Virus record (IMG/VR): IMGVR_UViG_3300022752_000002 | Location: 883 to 64,882 of that record | From: a virus | Taxonomy: Duplodnaviria; Caudoviricetes | DNA: 64,000 nt | Strand: one strand, 5' to 3' | Part shown: positions 45,525 through 55,800 of the stretch, in pieces | Layout of the letters: each line of letters starts with the position of its first letter | Position numbering within the stretch: position 1 is the stretch's first letter | Translations under genes and position numbers: made by a program | Notes under the pieces: model-generated | What the model was told of the DNA's origin: nothing | Database searches by the model: none | Seen by the model: the letters and a program-made list of their open reading frames with translations, nothing else

Positions 45525-46589
45525 TTAGAGTTTTCTCTCTTTAAGGGTCCAATTGATATCCAAATCCAGCCTCCCCTCGTATCCGGTGGTATTCCAAGTT
45601 GTTCCGGCTGGTATTTCAACATCATCAACAGTTATTTTTGTTTTTGTTGAATGTTTTTTGTAGGACCCCCTATTGGGTTTATCTTTTGGATGATCCCCCT
45701 CCCAACCTGATGAGGGGTATGCACCCGAGAGAAGGATGTTTGGGTAAACTTGTTTCTCAATAGGATCATACCAAGATGTTCCAAAAGAAATTTGGGCATA
45801 AGTATAAAACTTGACTGAATAATTTGAGAAATAGCACCGAATCGGGGCCTTATATGTTGTGTTATTTGGTCCAGAGCAATCCGTTGTTCCGCAAGTTGTG
45901 ACTGAATAAAAGCGCGAATCAGCGTTGCTGCTACCGGGATTGATGTCAGCCGGAACAGGTGGCTGTTGGTCGCACGAAACGGAAACAGCAAGATCGTCTG
46001 TTCTTTTATATCGTGTTTGAAACCATCCTCTAGCTCCGTTTCCTAGGCAAACATTGTAACGTAATTTTTCCAAATCAGCATTTGGACGTTTCCCATAAAT
46101 TGTGGGTGTGGTATTAAAGTTGGGGCAGGGCACTTCCTCGTAGGTAGGCACGGGAGTGGTTTCGTCGCTTTTTGGGCATTTGTTTATTCTCTCGATGTAG
46201 CCGGTGCTATTTGTGTCAAAGGAGCCGTTGGTTTGCTGTATGAACAACAACTCTGTTGACACGTGCGCCGTCTTCATTGCCCTATTACAACAGCTACAGC
46301 CGTTGCAATCACCGCAATCTGGCTTCATTGGGCAGTCCTTTGGCTCGTCGGATGCAGTTTTAAGCCTGTAATAACCAGACATTTTTATCTGAACCTCCCA
46401 AATTCCATTTAGCCATCTAAAATACCTATTAAGGCCTATTTTTACTCTGTTTCTTGCGTCCCAGAGCTCTTGGGACATTTCGTCCGGCTTCTTTTCTGGC
46501 TTAAGCTCGAATGGGCAGTTTAGCTGCGCATTGCCACTATAATCGTAGCTGAAATTCCCATCGGTATTCCAATAAAGAGAGGGAGGCAT
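45525..46589 (-). CDS. Cys-rich putative virion protein
   Basis: CPMKPDCGDCNGCSCCN and other Cys; structural module. Confidence 0.5.
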   Translation of the reverse strand: MPPSLYWNTDGNFSYDYSGNAQLNCPFELKPEKKPDEMSQELWDARNRVKIGLNRYFRWLNGIWEVQIKMSGYYRLKTASDEPKDCPMKPDCGDCNGCSCCNRAMKTAHVSTELLFIQQTNGSFDTNSTGYIERINKCPKSDETTPVPTYEEVPCPNFNTTPTIYGKRPNADLEKLRYNVCLGNGARGWFQTRYKRTDDLAVSVSCDQQPPVPADINPGSSNADSRFYSVTTCGTTDCSGPNNTTYKAPIRCYFSNYSVKFYTYAQISFGTSWYDPIEKQVYPNILLSGAYPSSGWEGDHPKDKPNRGSYKKHSTKTKITVDDVEIPAGTTWNTTGYEGRLDLDINWTLKERKL

Positions 46590-46598
46590 CGCTGTCCA

Positions 46599-47189
46599 CT
46601 ATGCCGTTTGTGTGTTTTGCGATGAGGTATTGTCGTCACGCAAAAACTCCTGAACGAGGATCTTTGCGGCGTAGCCATTGAAGCAATAAAGTGGGGCCAT
46701 CAGATTGGTTTTAACATTTTGAATCACATAAATTGTATCCCCGCCGGTTGAAGTAACGCCCTCGGATGTCGCTTTCCCAAATTGGGCCAAAATAATCTTG
46801 GCCTTTGTTTGTCGCCCGCCAGAGATCACGGCTCTGAACGGCTCCGATGGCGTTTCTGCCTTTATGTCGATATTTCCAAGCTCCATGTCCGATGTTATAT
46901 CAACGCTCAAAACTATGCATTGCCCTTGGCTGGATGGGAGGGATTTCCATCCAGATTCGTCTTTTACTTTTCCATCAACAAAACCTTTGGCAACTTTGAA
47001 TTCCCAACTTCCTGACTGCTTTTTTCTTATTGAAACCTGAAATGGATGGGTTTCCTCTTGCTGTGAAAAATTAATTGTTCCGCCCCCAAAAAACCTAGCG
47101 TCTGTTCCGAGAACATGGCCGTACTGTTTGGCCGGGCTTACGCCAAGCCCCTCAATGTCCTGAGCACCGACTGCACCGCTTAATTTCAT
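46599..47189 (-). CDS. Putative virion protein
   Basis: HPFQV, IILAQ, VIQNVKTNL; structural module. Confidence 0.5.
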   Translation of the reverse strand: MKLSGAVGAQDIEGLGVSPAKQYGHVLGTDARFFGGGTINFSQQEETHPFQVSIRKKQSGSWEFKVAKGFVDGKVKDESGWKSLPSSQGQCIVLSVDITSDMELGNIDIKAETPSEPFRAVISGGRQTKAKIILAQFGKATSEGVTSTGGDTIYVIQNVKTNLMAPLYCFNGYAAKILVQEFLRDDNTSSQNTQTA

Positions 47190-50100
47190 ATAACCGGAAG
47201 GCTGTAAAGATCAATTGAGCTCTGGGCGAGGAAATATTCTTCATTCAGACCTCCAAGCCCAGTAAATCTGTCAGTCTTTGTAGTTTGGAAAAAAAAGGAA
47301 CCGTATGTCATAGTTCGTGAAGGAGTTGTGGCAAAACTAAAATAATCCCCCAAATATCCATTATGGAATGGGAAATCCGGTGATGAATATATGGAGTAGG
47401 TTGGCGCCGCAACAGGAAAATTTATTATGCCTACTCCTTGTGTATACGTACCAAAAGGGCCGAGGAGCGCGGGTGGGGTCCCAGTGAGACCCCCGCAACC
47501 CGCCCATGATATCACTTTACATATTGGAAGTTGGAGGCCGAGATCGCAAACATAGGTACAGGTAGAAGAATAGGACAAATCTGACAAAAACCCCGGTTGC
47601 GTTCCGAGGTCTGGACGAAATAAAACCACCCCTTGTGAGCCAAAATTCCTAGAAACCGGAACCCTTATCAGTCGACCTTCAGAAAAACCCATAGAAGATG
47701 AGTAAAGGTCGTAAGATTGATTCAACATTCCGAATTGGTTGGTTCCACTATTTCCAAGCACATCACAAATCGGGGCGCTGCCATAAGAGGTTGACCATGG
47801 GATGGCCATGGCTGGATTTAGCGAAGTTACAATGACTGGAATTTGAAAGCTGGTTTCAACATATTCAAAAGTATCTGGGCATCCGCCCCCCAAAACTACC
47901 AAGCTGGCGCGCGTGGCGCTTCCGCCAAAAAACCAGTTCATGCCTGATGGAGTATCCTCAAAGGTGCATTGAAAGCCAGATGCACCTCCGGATGCGCCCG
48001 GAATACTCGTAAGCGTGTCCTGTTTAACAGCGAGCATGCCCTTCTTGACACGAATTGTCCGGCTAATTGTAAAAGACTTAAACTTCTCAGAATTAAGGGT
48101 AACATCGAATGTCGCAAGACCGGAGCTTTGGGGCTTCATTTTCACAAGCGTATTTTGATTGTTGGCGATTACCTTTGACTCCACAGACGCCGAAGGAGTT
48201 GAGAGGGAGGTCGTTAAGTTTGATGTCGCCCCAGACCACCCGATTCCTTCTGGCATAGTTGAGAGCAGATATCTTGGATTTGTGTCTTCAAAAGAATGCA
48301 GGTAAAACAAATCATCCGTATCCGCTCCGGAGCACCACTTGTGTATATTTTTGAGTGGAGCCGCGCTTGTGACATAGGTAAGAGAAATTGAAGAATCAAG
48401 CTTCCCAACATTAAACTGAATCACCTTGTTGTATGCCGGCGTGTCTTCTAGGCCAACCGTTAGGTTGAATGTCCCGCCCTTGTGAATGTTGAGGTTCATC
48501 GCTGTGTCTTGGTTTGCAATTTCGGTTGCTATGCCAACCCCAAAGTCAGCCACCCCGCTTCCGCTGGAAACAGTTGCCCTTACCCGCTGGTTGGTTGGTG
48601 CGCCTCCGGCAGAAACTCCCTTAATCTGAACGACATGAGGGCAACATGCCGGAAGGGTTCCCCAGCTTGTTGCGTACTCGTTAGCCTGATTTACATCAAG
48701 ATTTAGTGTCAGGATTTCGGTAAAAGCCCCGGCGGCTCCAGAAAGTCCTGCCGCGCTCACAATAATTCTCGGTCCGCTTCGGAAAAAGTTTAGGTTAACT
48801 GTTGCTGTCCAAGCCAGCTTTACGCCAAGGGCTGCCTTGGTGAGCAATAAAGACCCTGCGGATATCACGCCGCCATTGCCTTGGGGTATGGATGAGATTG
48901 TGCCTGTGATTGTGTCTCCAGACTGGGAGAAAGTAATCCAGTTCTGCGATGAGATAAGATTTGTGAACTGATAGGAAAGGGCGGAAGTTGTTCCGACGTA
49001 TGGAGAGCTTGGCTGGGAAAGGCTGATGGTGAATGTAAACGGCAACGACACCTCGGTCTCAAGCTCTCCGTCTGAATTTGCGTCCAAGCCGGCAGAAATT
49101 TCCGCGCTTTTTGCAGTTGCCCAAGCCGTACCAAACGGTTCTCCTGACTCAAATTTGATCCCGCTCGTGGATGAAGCCACAACCATTCTTGGTTGCACTC
49201 CGACAACCGTAACTTGGGTTGAGGAGTCGGCTGTTTGATATGTGGCGTCTCCGGGGAAAGAGCATGAAATTTCAAAACTTCCAAAAGACAGGAGGTTGAT
49301 CGTTGGCGGGTAGGAGTTGTTCTTGGTTATGGTGGCAACCTCTTCATTACTTGAGGTGAACTCCATAACAGAATACCTTGCTGGAGTAAGATTGAAATTT
49401 GTTGTGAAATTAAACGGATAGCTTATGCCATTTGCCGCGCTAAGGGTAAGTGTTGCCGGAGCAGAAATCACCGAGGCAAGCTTTGTCAGCGTGATTGTAA
49501 ACGAGGTCTCAAACGGATAGTAGTCGGAGGTTTCTCCGCTTGATGCAGAAATAACAGCTTCTCCAATTGAGTTCCTGTTCAAAACCACTGTGCAGATATC
49601 CCCGGTTGGGGTCGTGGTCTGTGTAAAACTTGCCACCGAGACAGCCGTTGGATTTGTTGATGTAACCGAAGTGATTGTTACAGGTGTTTCCTGTGCAATA
49701 TAAAAAATTACCGTTTCGGTTCCGGTGGCAAACTCTTTCGATATATCAACTGGAGGAGTGATGGTTGGCGTTGATTTGAGGATTGAGAAAGAATCAATTC
49801 CAATCCCGACTGCCCCATCCCTCGTTGCTGTTACGCGCGCATAGTAGAAGCCCCTGCTTGTCGGGGGGGTGGAGACGTAGGTAAGCCCGCCATCGTAGCT
49901 ATATTCAACAGTTATTACGCTTCCGGAAGGCGCATTGTAAGAAACTGCACCATAGGGAAAGCCTGAGTAAACCATGTCCGGAGCTGTGACAGAAACGGAA
50001 AGAGATGGCCCCCTAAGTTCATCAAAGAGGCTGGCCTCAAGGACAAAGGCGTTATTTATCGTTTTTTGTGTGTTGGGGCTTGCCGGATTTGGCTGAATAA

Positions 50101-50305
50101 CCACGGATGACGATTTCCATTGAATTGGCCTGTCAGCGGATGGTTTGGCCTCGTATTTCTTGAGGAACTCGTCCGTAACCCTGTAGATAAGCCTAAATGG
50201 GTCGGCAACCGATGTTGTGTAGTCGGCATCCAGATCAAACGATATCTCCCCGTTGGAGAAGGAGTAGTTTGTCAGCCAGTTTTGTGGGGACGGTGAAAAC
50301 GGCAT
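47186..50305 (-). CDS. Large tail/surface protein with Ig-like repeats
   Basis: 1039 aa, Ser/Thr-rich beta; FTSSNEEVATI, PGDATY, STNPTAVSV. Confidence 0.6.
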   Translation of the reverse strand: MPFSPSPQNWLTNYSFSNGEISFDLDADYTTSVADPFRLIYRVTDEFLKKYEAKPSADRPIQWKSSSVVIQPNPASPNTQKTINNAFVLEASLFDELRGPSLSVSVTAPDMVYSGFPYGAVSYNAPSGSVITVEYSYDGGLTYVSTPPTSRGFYYARVTATRDGAVGIGIDSFSILKSTPTITPPVDISKEFATGTETVIFYIAQETPVTITSVTSTNPTAVSVASFTQTTTPTGDICTVVLNRNSIGEAVISASSGETSDYYPFETSFTITLTKLASVISAPATLTLSAANGISYPFNFTTNFNLTPARYSVMEFTSSNEEVATITKNNSYPPTINLLSFGSFEISCSFPGDATYQTADSSTQVTVVGVQPRMVVASSTSGIKFESGEPFGTAWATAKSAEISAGLDANSDGELETEVSLPFTFTISLSQPSSPYVGTTSALSYQFTNLISSQNWITFSQSGDTITGTISSIPQGNGGVISAGSLLLTKAALGVKLAWTATVNLNFFRSGPRIIVSAAGLSGAAGAFTEILTLNLDVNQANEYATSWGTLPACCPHVVQIKGVSAGGAPTNQRVRATVSSGSGVADFGVGIATEIANQDTAMNLNIHKGGTFNLTVGLEDTPAYNKVIQFNVGKLDSSISLTYVTSAAPLKNIHKWCSGADTDDLFYLHSFEDTNPRYLLSTMPEGIGWSGATSNLTTSLSTPSASVESKVIANNQNTLVKMKPQSSGLATFDVTLNSEKFKSFTISRTIRVKKGMLAVKQDTLTSIPGASGGASGFQCTFEDTPSGMNWFFGGSATRASLVVLGGGCPDTFEYVETSFQIPVIVTSLNPAMAIPWSTSYGSAPICDVLGNSGTNQFGMLNQSYDLYSSSMGFSEGRLIRVPVSRNFGSQGVVLFRPDLGTQPGFLSDLSYSSTCTYVCDLGLQLPICKVISWAGCGGLTGTPPALLGPFGTYTQGVGIINFPVAAPTYSIYSSPDFPFHNGYLGDYFSFATTPSRTMTYGSFFFQTTKTDRFTGLGGLNEEYFLAQSSIDLYSLPVI

Positions 50306-50634
50306 TACGGCTCGTCCTTGACATCATCAAGCTCAGGTGAAATATCAAAAGCGAATTGCGTCGTGTATTTTGTGTCCTCAGGTGGATATTGATTCTCAAA
50401 AATTTCCCTGACAGAAATGCTCGTGGCGGTTGAGTCTCTTGATCTGATGTCAGCAATTGTGTCGGCAAGCTTGCTCATCACTCCGTAGGCTATTTTTCTG
50501 ATGTCTCCGGTAGCTGGGTTTGCTTCCGCGTTTGAAATAAGTGGAAAAAGAATTTTTTTGAAGGTAACCCTAGTTTTGCCAGAAACCGTGGAAACTGACA
50601 CGTTTCCAATCCCAAATGCCTGATCCAGCGTCAT
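50305..50634 (-). CDS. Hypothetical virion-region protein
   Basis: Coupled to the portal and the 1039-aa ORF. Confidence 0.55.
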   Translation of the reverse strand: MTLDQAFGIGNVSVSTVSGKTRVTFKKILFPLISNAEANPATGDIRKIAYGVMSKLADTIADIRSRDSTATSISVREIFENQYPPEDTKYTTQFAFDISPELDDVKDEP

Positions 50635-52850
50635 ACGGCTGTTCCTGTTTCCGGGCTTGCGCCTCCGGAGGGTCCTGCATCAAGGGGGACTTGTCTTGCG
50701 TTGCCAACCGACTTTGCCGGAGCTCCGGGCGATCCCGCTTGACCAAACACACGTCCGTCCGGAGTAATTCCGTTAATTGCAGGGGGTGGCTCAAATGGCT
50801 GAATGATGGAATCTGCTTCCATAACTCCGAGGGCCTTGAGGCTTTGCCGATAAAAGAGGGATACCTTCTGCTGAACTTCCGGAGGGAGCCCATAGAACTG
50901 GGCAACCATATTTGCTGCTTGGGCGTTGCTTTGAAGCTGTTGCTCGCCGTGATAGCGGGTTAGAAGGATTTTAACATTAAGGTTGAAATTCTTAACCTCC
51001 TCTGGGGTTACGGAAACAAGGCTCACGGCATCCCCCTCTAAATAAGTAAAGGCTTCGAGCCTGTCCAAGTTGTCGAGCAGGATGGCCATCAGTCGGTTCA
51101 GGATTTGATTTAATCCGCTTTCCAAGCTCAAAAGGTACTGGCTGAACATTTCCGAGCCGGCCTGATCGATTGACCGGATCCCGGTGGCCAGCTTGGAGCT
51201 TGGGAGTCCGGAGAACTCCTGATCGCCGGCATGAACCACCCCGGACTCCAGCTGAACCAGCTGGGTGAAGTAATTCAACATGAAGTTGAGGTCTTGGTTC
51301 TTGGTTTCCGGCAGGGTGACATAAGTGAGGGCATCGGCCGCGTTGAAGCCCGGACGCAATGTATACGTCCCACCTGTGTTTAATATCAGGTTTGGGTTGG
51401 CCGACCCCTCAAAAGTTGCATCAGGGCGCCAGAAGGTGACCCTTCCTGACGCGCTTTGGGCAAAGTTAAGGCGGTTGATGGTGAGATCGATAAAGTCCTG
51501 AGATGTCTTGAACTGCTCAACCCCGCCAAGCCCATACCAGCGTCCGTCAACCGGATTGATCCTGACAACTGTGAACGGCCTCTTGCCGTCCGGGGTCACA
51601 TTGGCGAGGTAGTCGTAGTAGAGGGCCTTTCGGTTGCGGACATCCAGCATGAGCATGATTTCTTCCATCACGCCGTCACCGTTAGCATCGTATCTTAGGT
51701 AGCATTCTGCCACCTCGATAGTCGGGTTTTCTTGGTCATTGGTGACCTCGGCTTCACCACGCTCGCTTCTGGCCTGTTTTGCCGCCGTCTTGGGATTGCT
51801 GCTTTCCCCTGCGGCGAGACGTATCTGCTCGATTGCGGCCTGAATTCTTGCCAGCTCAGCTTCTGGTGTTTCCTCGCTTTTTGATTTGGAGTAAAAGTCA
51901 GCGAGTTCCATCACCGGAGCGTCATAGAGATGCGCACAGAAATCCGCATCGTCCACGCTCACGGAGCTTAGCGGACAGATAAAATCCTGATAGTAGACCG
52001 GTTCAGCTGTGGGCCCTTCGTGCAGGATGATTTTGCGGGTGATTGTCTTCTCTATATAGATCGGGACTACCGGTTGCTGGGTTACGGCGTCCCGCTGGAG
52101 AATCATTGTCACTCCATCCGGTCCGGGGACAAACGAATCAGTATCCGTGATGATGTCGCCATCTTGGGCCAGAATGTCATTTCCGTTGACATCAACCAGA
52201 ACCTTGGCCTTGCGCTGAAAGATCGACTCTTTCCTTTGGTGTGTGGTTTTGACCACGCACTCCCCACGGACGAAGGCCATCTGAAGAATCATGGCCACGG
52301 CCTCTTTCAGCTTGGTTTTGTCAAACTTCCAGCGGGCGTATTTCTCGACCCGCTCGGCAACATTGCGGTCAGCCGGCCCCTGAGGGAAAGTGCTAAACCA
52401 AGGATCGGTTCCTATGAAGTATTTTTGCGCTTTGGCAATCATCTGCCGGACAATTCGGCGGGTGATTGGAACAATCAGGTTGCTGTGCTCAAAAATTCCA
52501 CCCATGACGGTAGGCCGCCACTCAACATTGTTTTCATAGAGCCACTCGTAAACTTGCCGGCGGCCAAGGAAGGATTCGTGCGCGGCCATTGTCCCCGTCT
52601 CGCTGCTCCAAGCAACCCCTCGAATAAGGGATCGGCCCATCTCAGTTTCGGTTTTTCGAAGCCTCTCGCATGCGTATTCGACAAGGATTTTCTCCTGTTC
52701 TTCGGTTAGTTTGTATGGGGATGAAAACCCTGTCTCGGCAGGAACCCCGCCGCCTAAGGCGGTTTCATTTGTTTCCGGCCTTGCGTTTTCTAATGCCTTC
52801 TCAAGCTCTTCTGCCTGATTGACAAGGTTTTCTATTTGAGGAGAAGCCAC
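50631..52850 (-). CDS. Portal protein
   Basis: 739 aa; GECVVK, YDANGDG, PFTVVR, WYGLG, ATGI; podovirus portal pattern. Confidence 0.85.
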   Translation of the reverse strand: MASPQIENLVNQAEELEKALENARPETNETALGGGVPAETGFSSPYKLTEEQEKILVEYACERLRKTETEMGRSLIRGVAWSSETGTMAAHESFLGRRQVYEWLYENNVEWRPTVMGGIFEHSNLIVPITRRIVRQMIAKAQKYFIGTDPWFSTFPQGPADRNVAERVEKYARWKFDKTKLKEAVAMILQMAFVRGECVVKTTHQRKESIFQRKAKVLVDVNGNDILAQDGDIITDTDSFVPGPDGVTMILQRDAVTQQPVVPIYIEKTITRKIILHEGPTAEPVYYQDFICPLSSVSVDDADFCAHLYDAPVMELADFYSKSKSEETPEAELARIQAAIEQIRLAAGESSNPKTAAKQARSERGEAEVTNDQENPTIEVAECYLRYDANGDGVMEEIMLMLDVRNRKALYYDYLANVTPDGKRPFTVVRINPVDGRWYGLGGVEQFKTSQDFIDLTINRLNFAQSASGRVTFWRPDATFEGSANPNLILNTGGTYTLRPGFNAADALTYVTLPETKNQDLNFMLNYFTQLVQLESGVVHAGDQEFSGLPSSKLATGIRSIDQAGSEMFSQYLLSLESGLNQILNRLMAILLDNLDRLEAFTYLEGDAVSLVSVTPEEVKNFNLNVKILLTRYHGEQQLQSNAQAANMVAQFYGLPPEVQQKVSLFYRQSLKALGVMEADSIIQPFEPPPAINGITPDGRVFGQAGSPGAPAKSVGNARQVPLDAGPSGGASPETGTAV

Positions 52851-52861
52851 AGATAAACCTC

Positions 52862-55800
52862 CTACCTGACAAGGGCGGGTTCAACAGACTTTTTCTCATT
52901 TGCGCGTCGCGCATTTCGAACCGCTTGTCTTGCCCGTGAGATTGCGTCCTCTCGGATCGAGTCAACCATCTTGCGGGTTGCTTCTGTAGGGTTTGAGATT
53001 CTTTCTTCGGTAAGTACGTTATCGATACGGCTTCCCGCATACTTGGATGCGAGCGCAAGCATCGTGTTGTACTCCTTGGGGGTCATCTCCTCGTTTGTGG
53101 AAATGCCGTCCTTGTCCTTCATCTGAATAAACCGGCTGGGGGCTCTTGGTTGATAGCGGGTTTGCGGGAACCTTGAGTTAAAGGCAGTTACAAACCTATC
53201 CAAATTGCTCTTTTTGGACTCCATAAAGGCCAAGCCGTCCGGCAGAAGGCCCTTAGTGATACCGCCGGCAAGCCTAGAGGCTCGCTCGTTCATCCCGAGG
53301 AGCTTAAGCCCAGCTTCGGTTCCGGTAACCTCGCGCTCCTTGGGCTTCAGGTCGGCCTTGTATCTTGGCGGTAACGACAAGTCCTCGTTTCCTGTAAGGG
53401 CAGGGAGGCCCGGAAGAAATGAGTTTACCCATCCAGCCATTTCGCCCGGCCCCCATCCTGTCATTCTGTCCGTGTCCCATGACTCGTCCCCGAAGGTAAG
53501 GGCACCCGGCTCAAACAAACGCTTAAAGAAGTTTGGTATCAGCAGGGAGGAGAGCCTTTCGCGCATGACATCGTATCCCTTGTATTTTCCTGTGTCGGTC
53601 GGCGTTCCCCATCCCGATAGCTTTCCAAGATCGCGGACGGCCTTGGCAAATGTTTTTGTGAATGGGTACTTAAAGAACTCCATCACATACGCCCCAACCG
53701 CTTCGCCGCCCGTCTGCCTTCCGCGCATGGCCTGCTTCATGGCCCTTGCGGCATCAATTACATAGGCAAGTCCGCTAACCGGCTCATAGCGGCCGTAGGG
53801 GATAACAAGTCCGCCGCCAAATCCCCGAATAATGACTGATGCCGATGGGTTATTGAATTTTGTGTTAACCCCGCCAGATCCCGTGATAAGGACAGTCTTC
53901 TTGTCGTCGTCATCATCGCCTTCCGCAAGGACAAACAATGCGGCCAGACCGGTAATTCCAAGCAATGCCTCGGAGTGCCTTTGGGACAGGGTATTGTACT
54001 CAAAAGCGTTCATCCTTCCGCCGGCAGATCCTCGCTTTGCCCTCATGGCGACATTGGCCATGGCAAATGGCGAATAGGCCGCAGACGCCCGGGCAATGTT
54101 ATATGGGCTACGAATCAAGATCAGGAAGCTCTGTGCAAATCGGAGGGCAAGCTCGGCAGGGGAGAGCGTCCTTCCAAAGACCCTGATTGAAGAGGTTCTT
54201 GCCACTCTATTTGCGGCCCTGCCAAGTTCCATGTTAATCATCGTCAAGGCCTCCGGAACGAGGCCGGCAAGCTCTCCAAAGGACTGGTAGTCCCTTAGCG
54301 ACTTTGCCATTCCCTTGGCCTTTTGCCACATGGGCTGAGGCGTGAGCAGTTCCTCGTCTCCACGGATTGACAGCCTTTGCGTAAAGGTGTCCCGAAGAGT
54401 CCGGTCAACAGCCAGTCTCCAAGTTAGCGATGTTTTGTCGGCCAGCTCGGATTCGATGTAGTCATTCAGCGCATCACCGGAAAGACCTCTGGCCTTGCCG
54501 AGCCTGTATGCAAATGCCCCCACATAAGCCCTGACGCGCATGGTTTTGTTGTACTCGTCGCCGGCGAGCAGGATGTTGGTTCCTGCTCTCAGGACTTTCC
54601 CGGTTGTGCCCGGAATAGATTTCTCAAGAACGCCGGCCTCCCGCAGGCGGATGTCGGTTGTTTTCACAATACCCTGCTCAACCCCGAACTGAATGGTTTC
54701 GCTTTTGAAGGCTTCTGTTGCCCGGGTCCAAGCCTCTTTGCTAAAGCCAAGCCATCCGAGCTCCCTAAATGCGCGCAAGGCTTCGGTTGCCCCGCCCTGA
54801 ATAGCCTCTCCAAGCGTCTTGTAGGGTGTGCCAATATCTACCTCTCGTGGCACAAGGCGTGTGCCGGCGGGGTTGCCTTCTTCGTCAAATTGCGGAACTT
54901 TCTCGAAGGCTGTTTCGGTCATGGTGACCCCACGAACCCCGCCCCGATAGTAGTTGGTTAGTGCCTCGACAAATAGGTGTATAGGAACAGATAGTTTTGC
55001 AAACGGAATGGTTGAAATGTTTGCGACCAAGGACGGGCCGCCGGAGAAAATGTTTGAAGAGAACAAGTCCGATGCAATCTTGCCCCAAGATGCCGGTCCA
55101 TTGATGCCTTCCGAGATAAGGCTGTTGATCTTACCGGCCGCAACCGGGTCGTCGTAGCCAAACAGGGGATCGCTTTCAGCGTTTTCTAGGTTGTCCGTGT
55201 TGAGCCCAAAAGCGTCGTACAGGAGCTGGCGGGCCTCTTCTTCGCTAAATCCGTCCTTGTCGGGGTCATCAGGCATCTTGGCGAGCAATCCTTGGCCCTC
55301 TGAGTGCTTTTTGATGGCCTGCATAAGCTGTTTTCTGGTCATCTTGCCGGCGCGGACTTGCTCAAGAACTCGCTGGAACCGGCGGTCAGCCTCAGGCCTT
55401 AGGCCCTTTAGGATGGCCAGCTTAATTTTGTTTCTGGCGTTCTTCAGGCCGGTTTGGGCCTCAATATCTTTAACAGAATAGCCCAAAAGGTATAATTGAA
55501 CCGCATCTCGCAATTGGGTGTCTTTGATGGATTCCAGCATTTGGCCGGCTGTTTGGCCGGTGCGCAGTTTCTTCTGCATGTTCTCTTGCTCGATCCCGGC
55601 AAGGCTTTTGCCAGCCTTCTGAAGGGACTGGTCGGCCTTCTTGGCCTGTCTTTCAAGGATGGACTTCTCGGCCGCACGGACCCCGCCGTCTGCAATATCT
55701 GCCTGCATCTGGGCAATTGCCGCTTCCTGCTGGGCAATATAATCAGCCCACTCTTTTGGAAGATTTGTTCCGTAAGCCGCCCGAGCTCTTGTCTTTTGTT

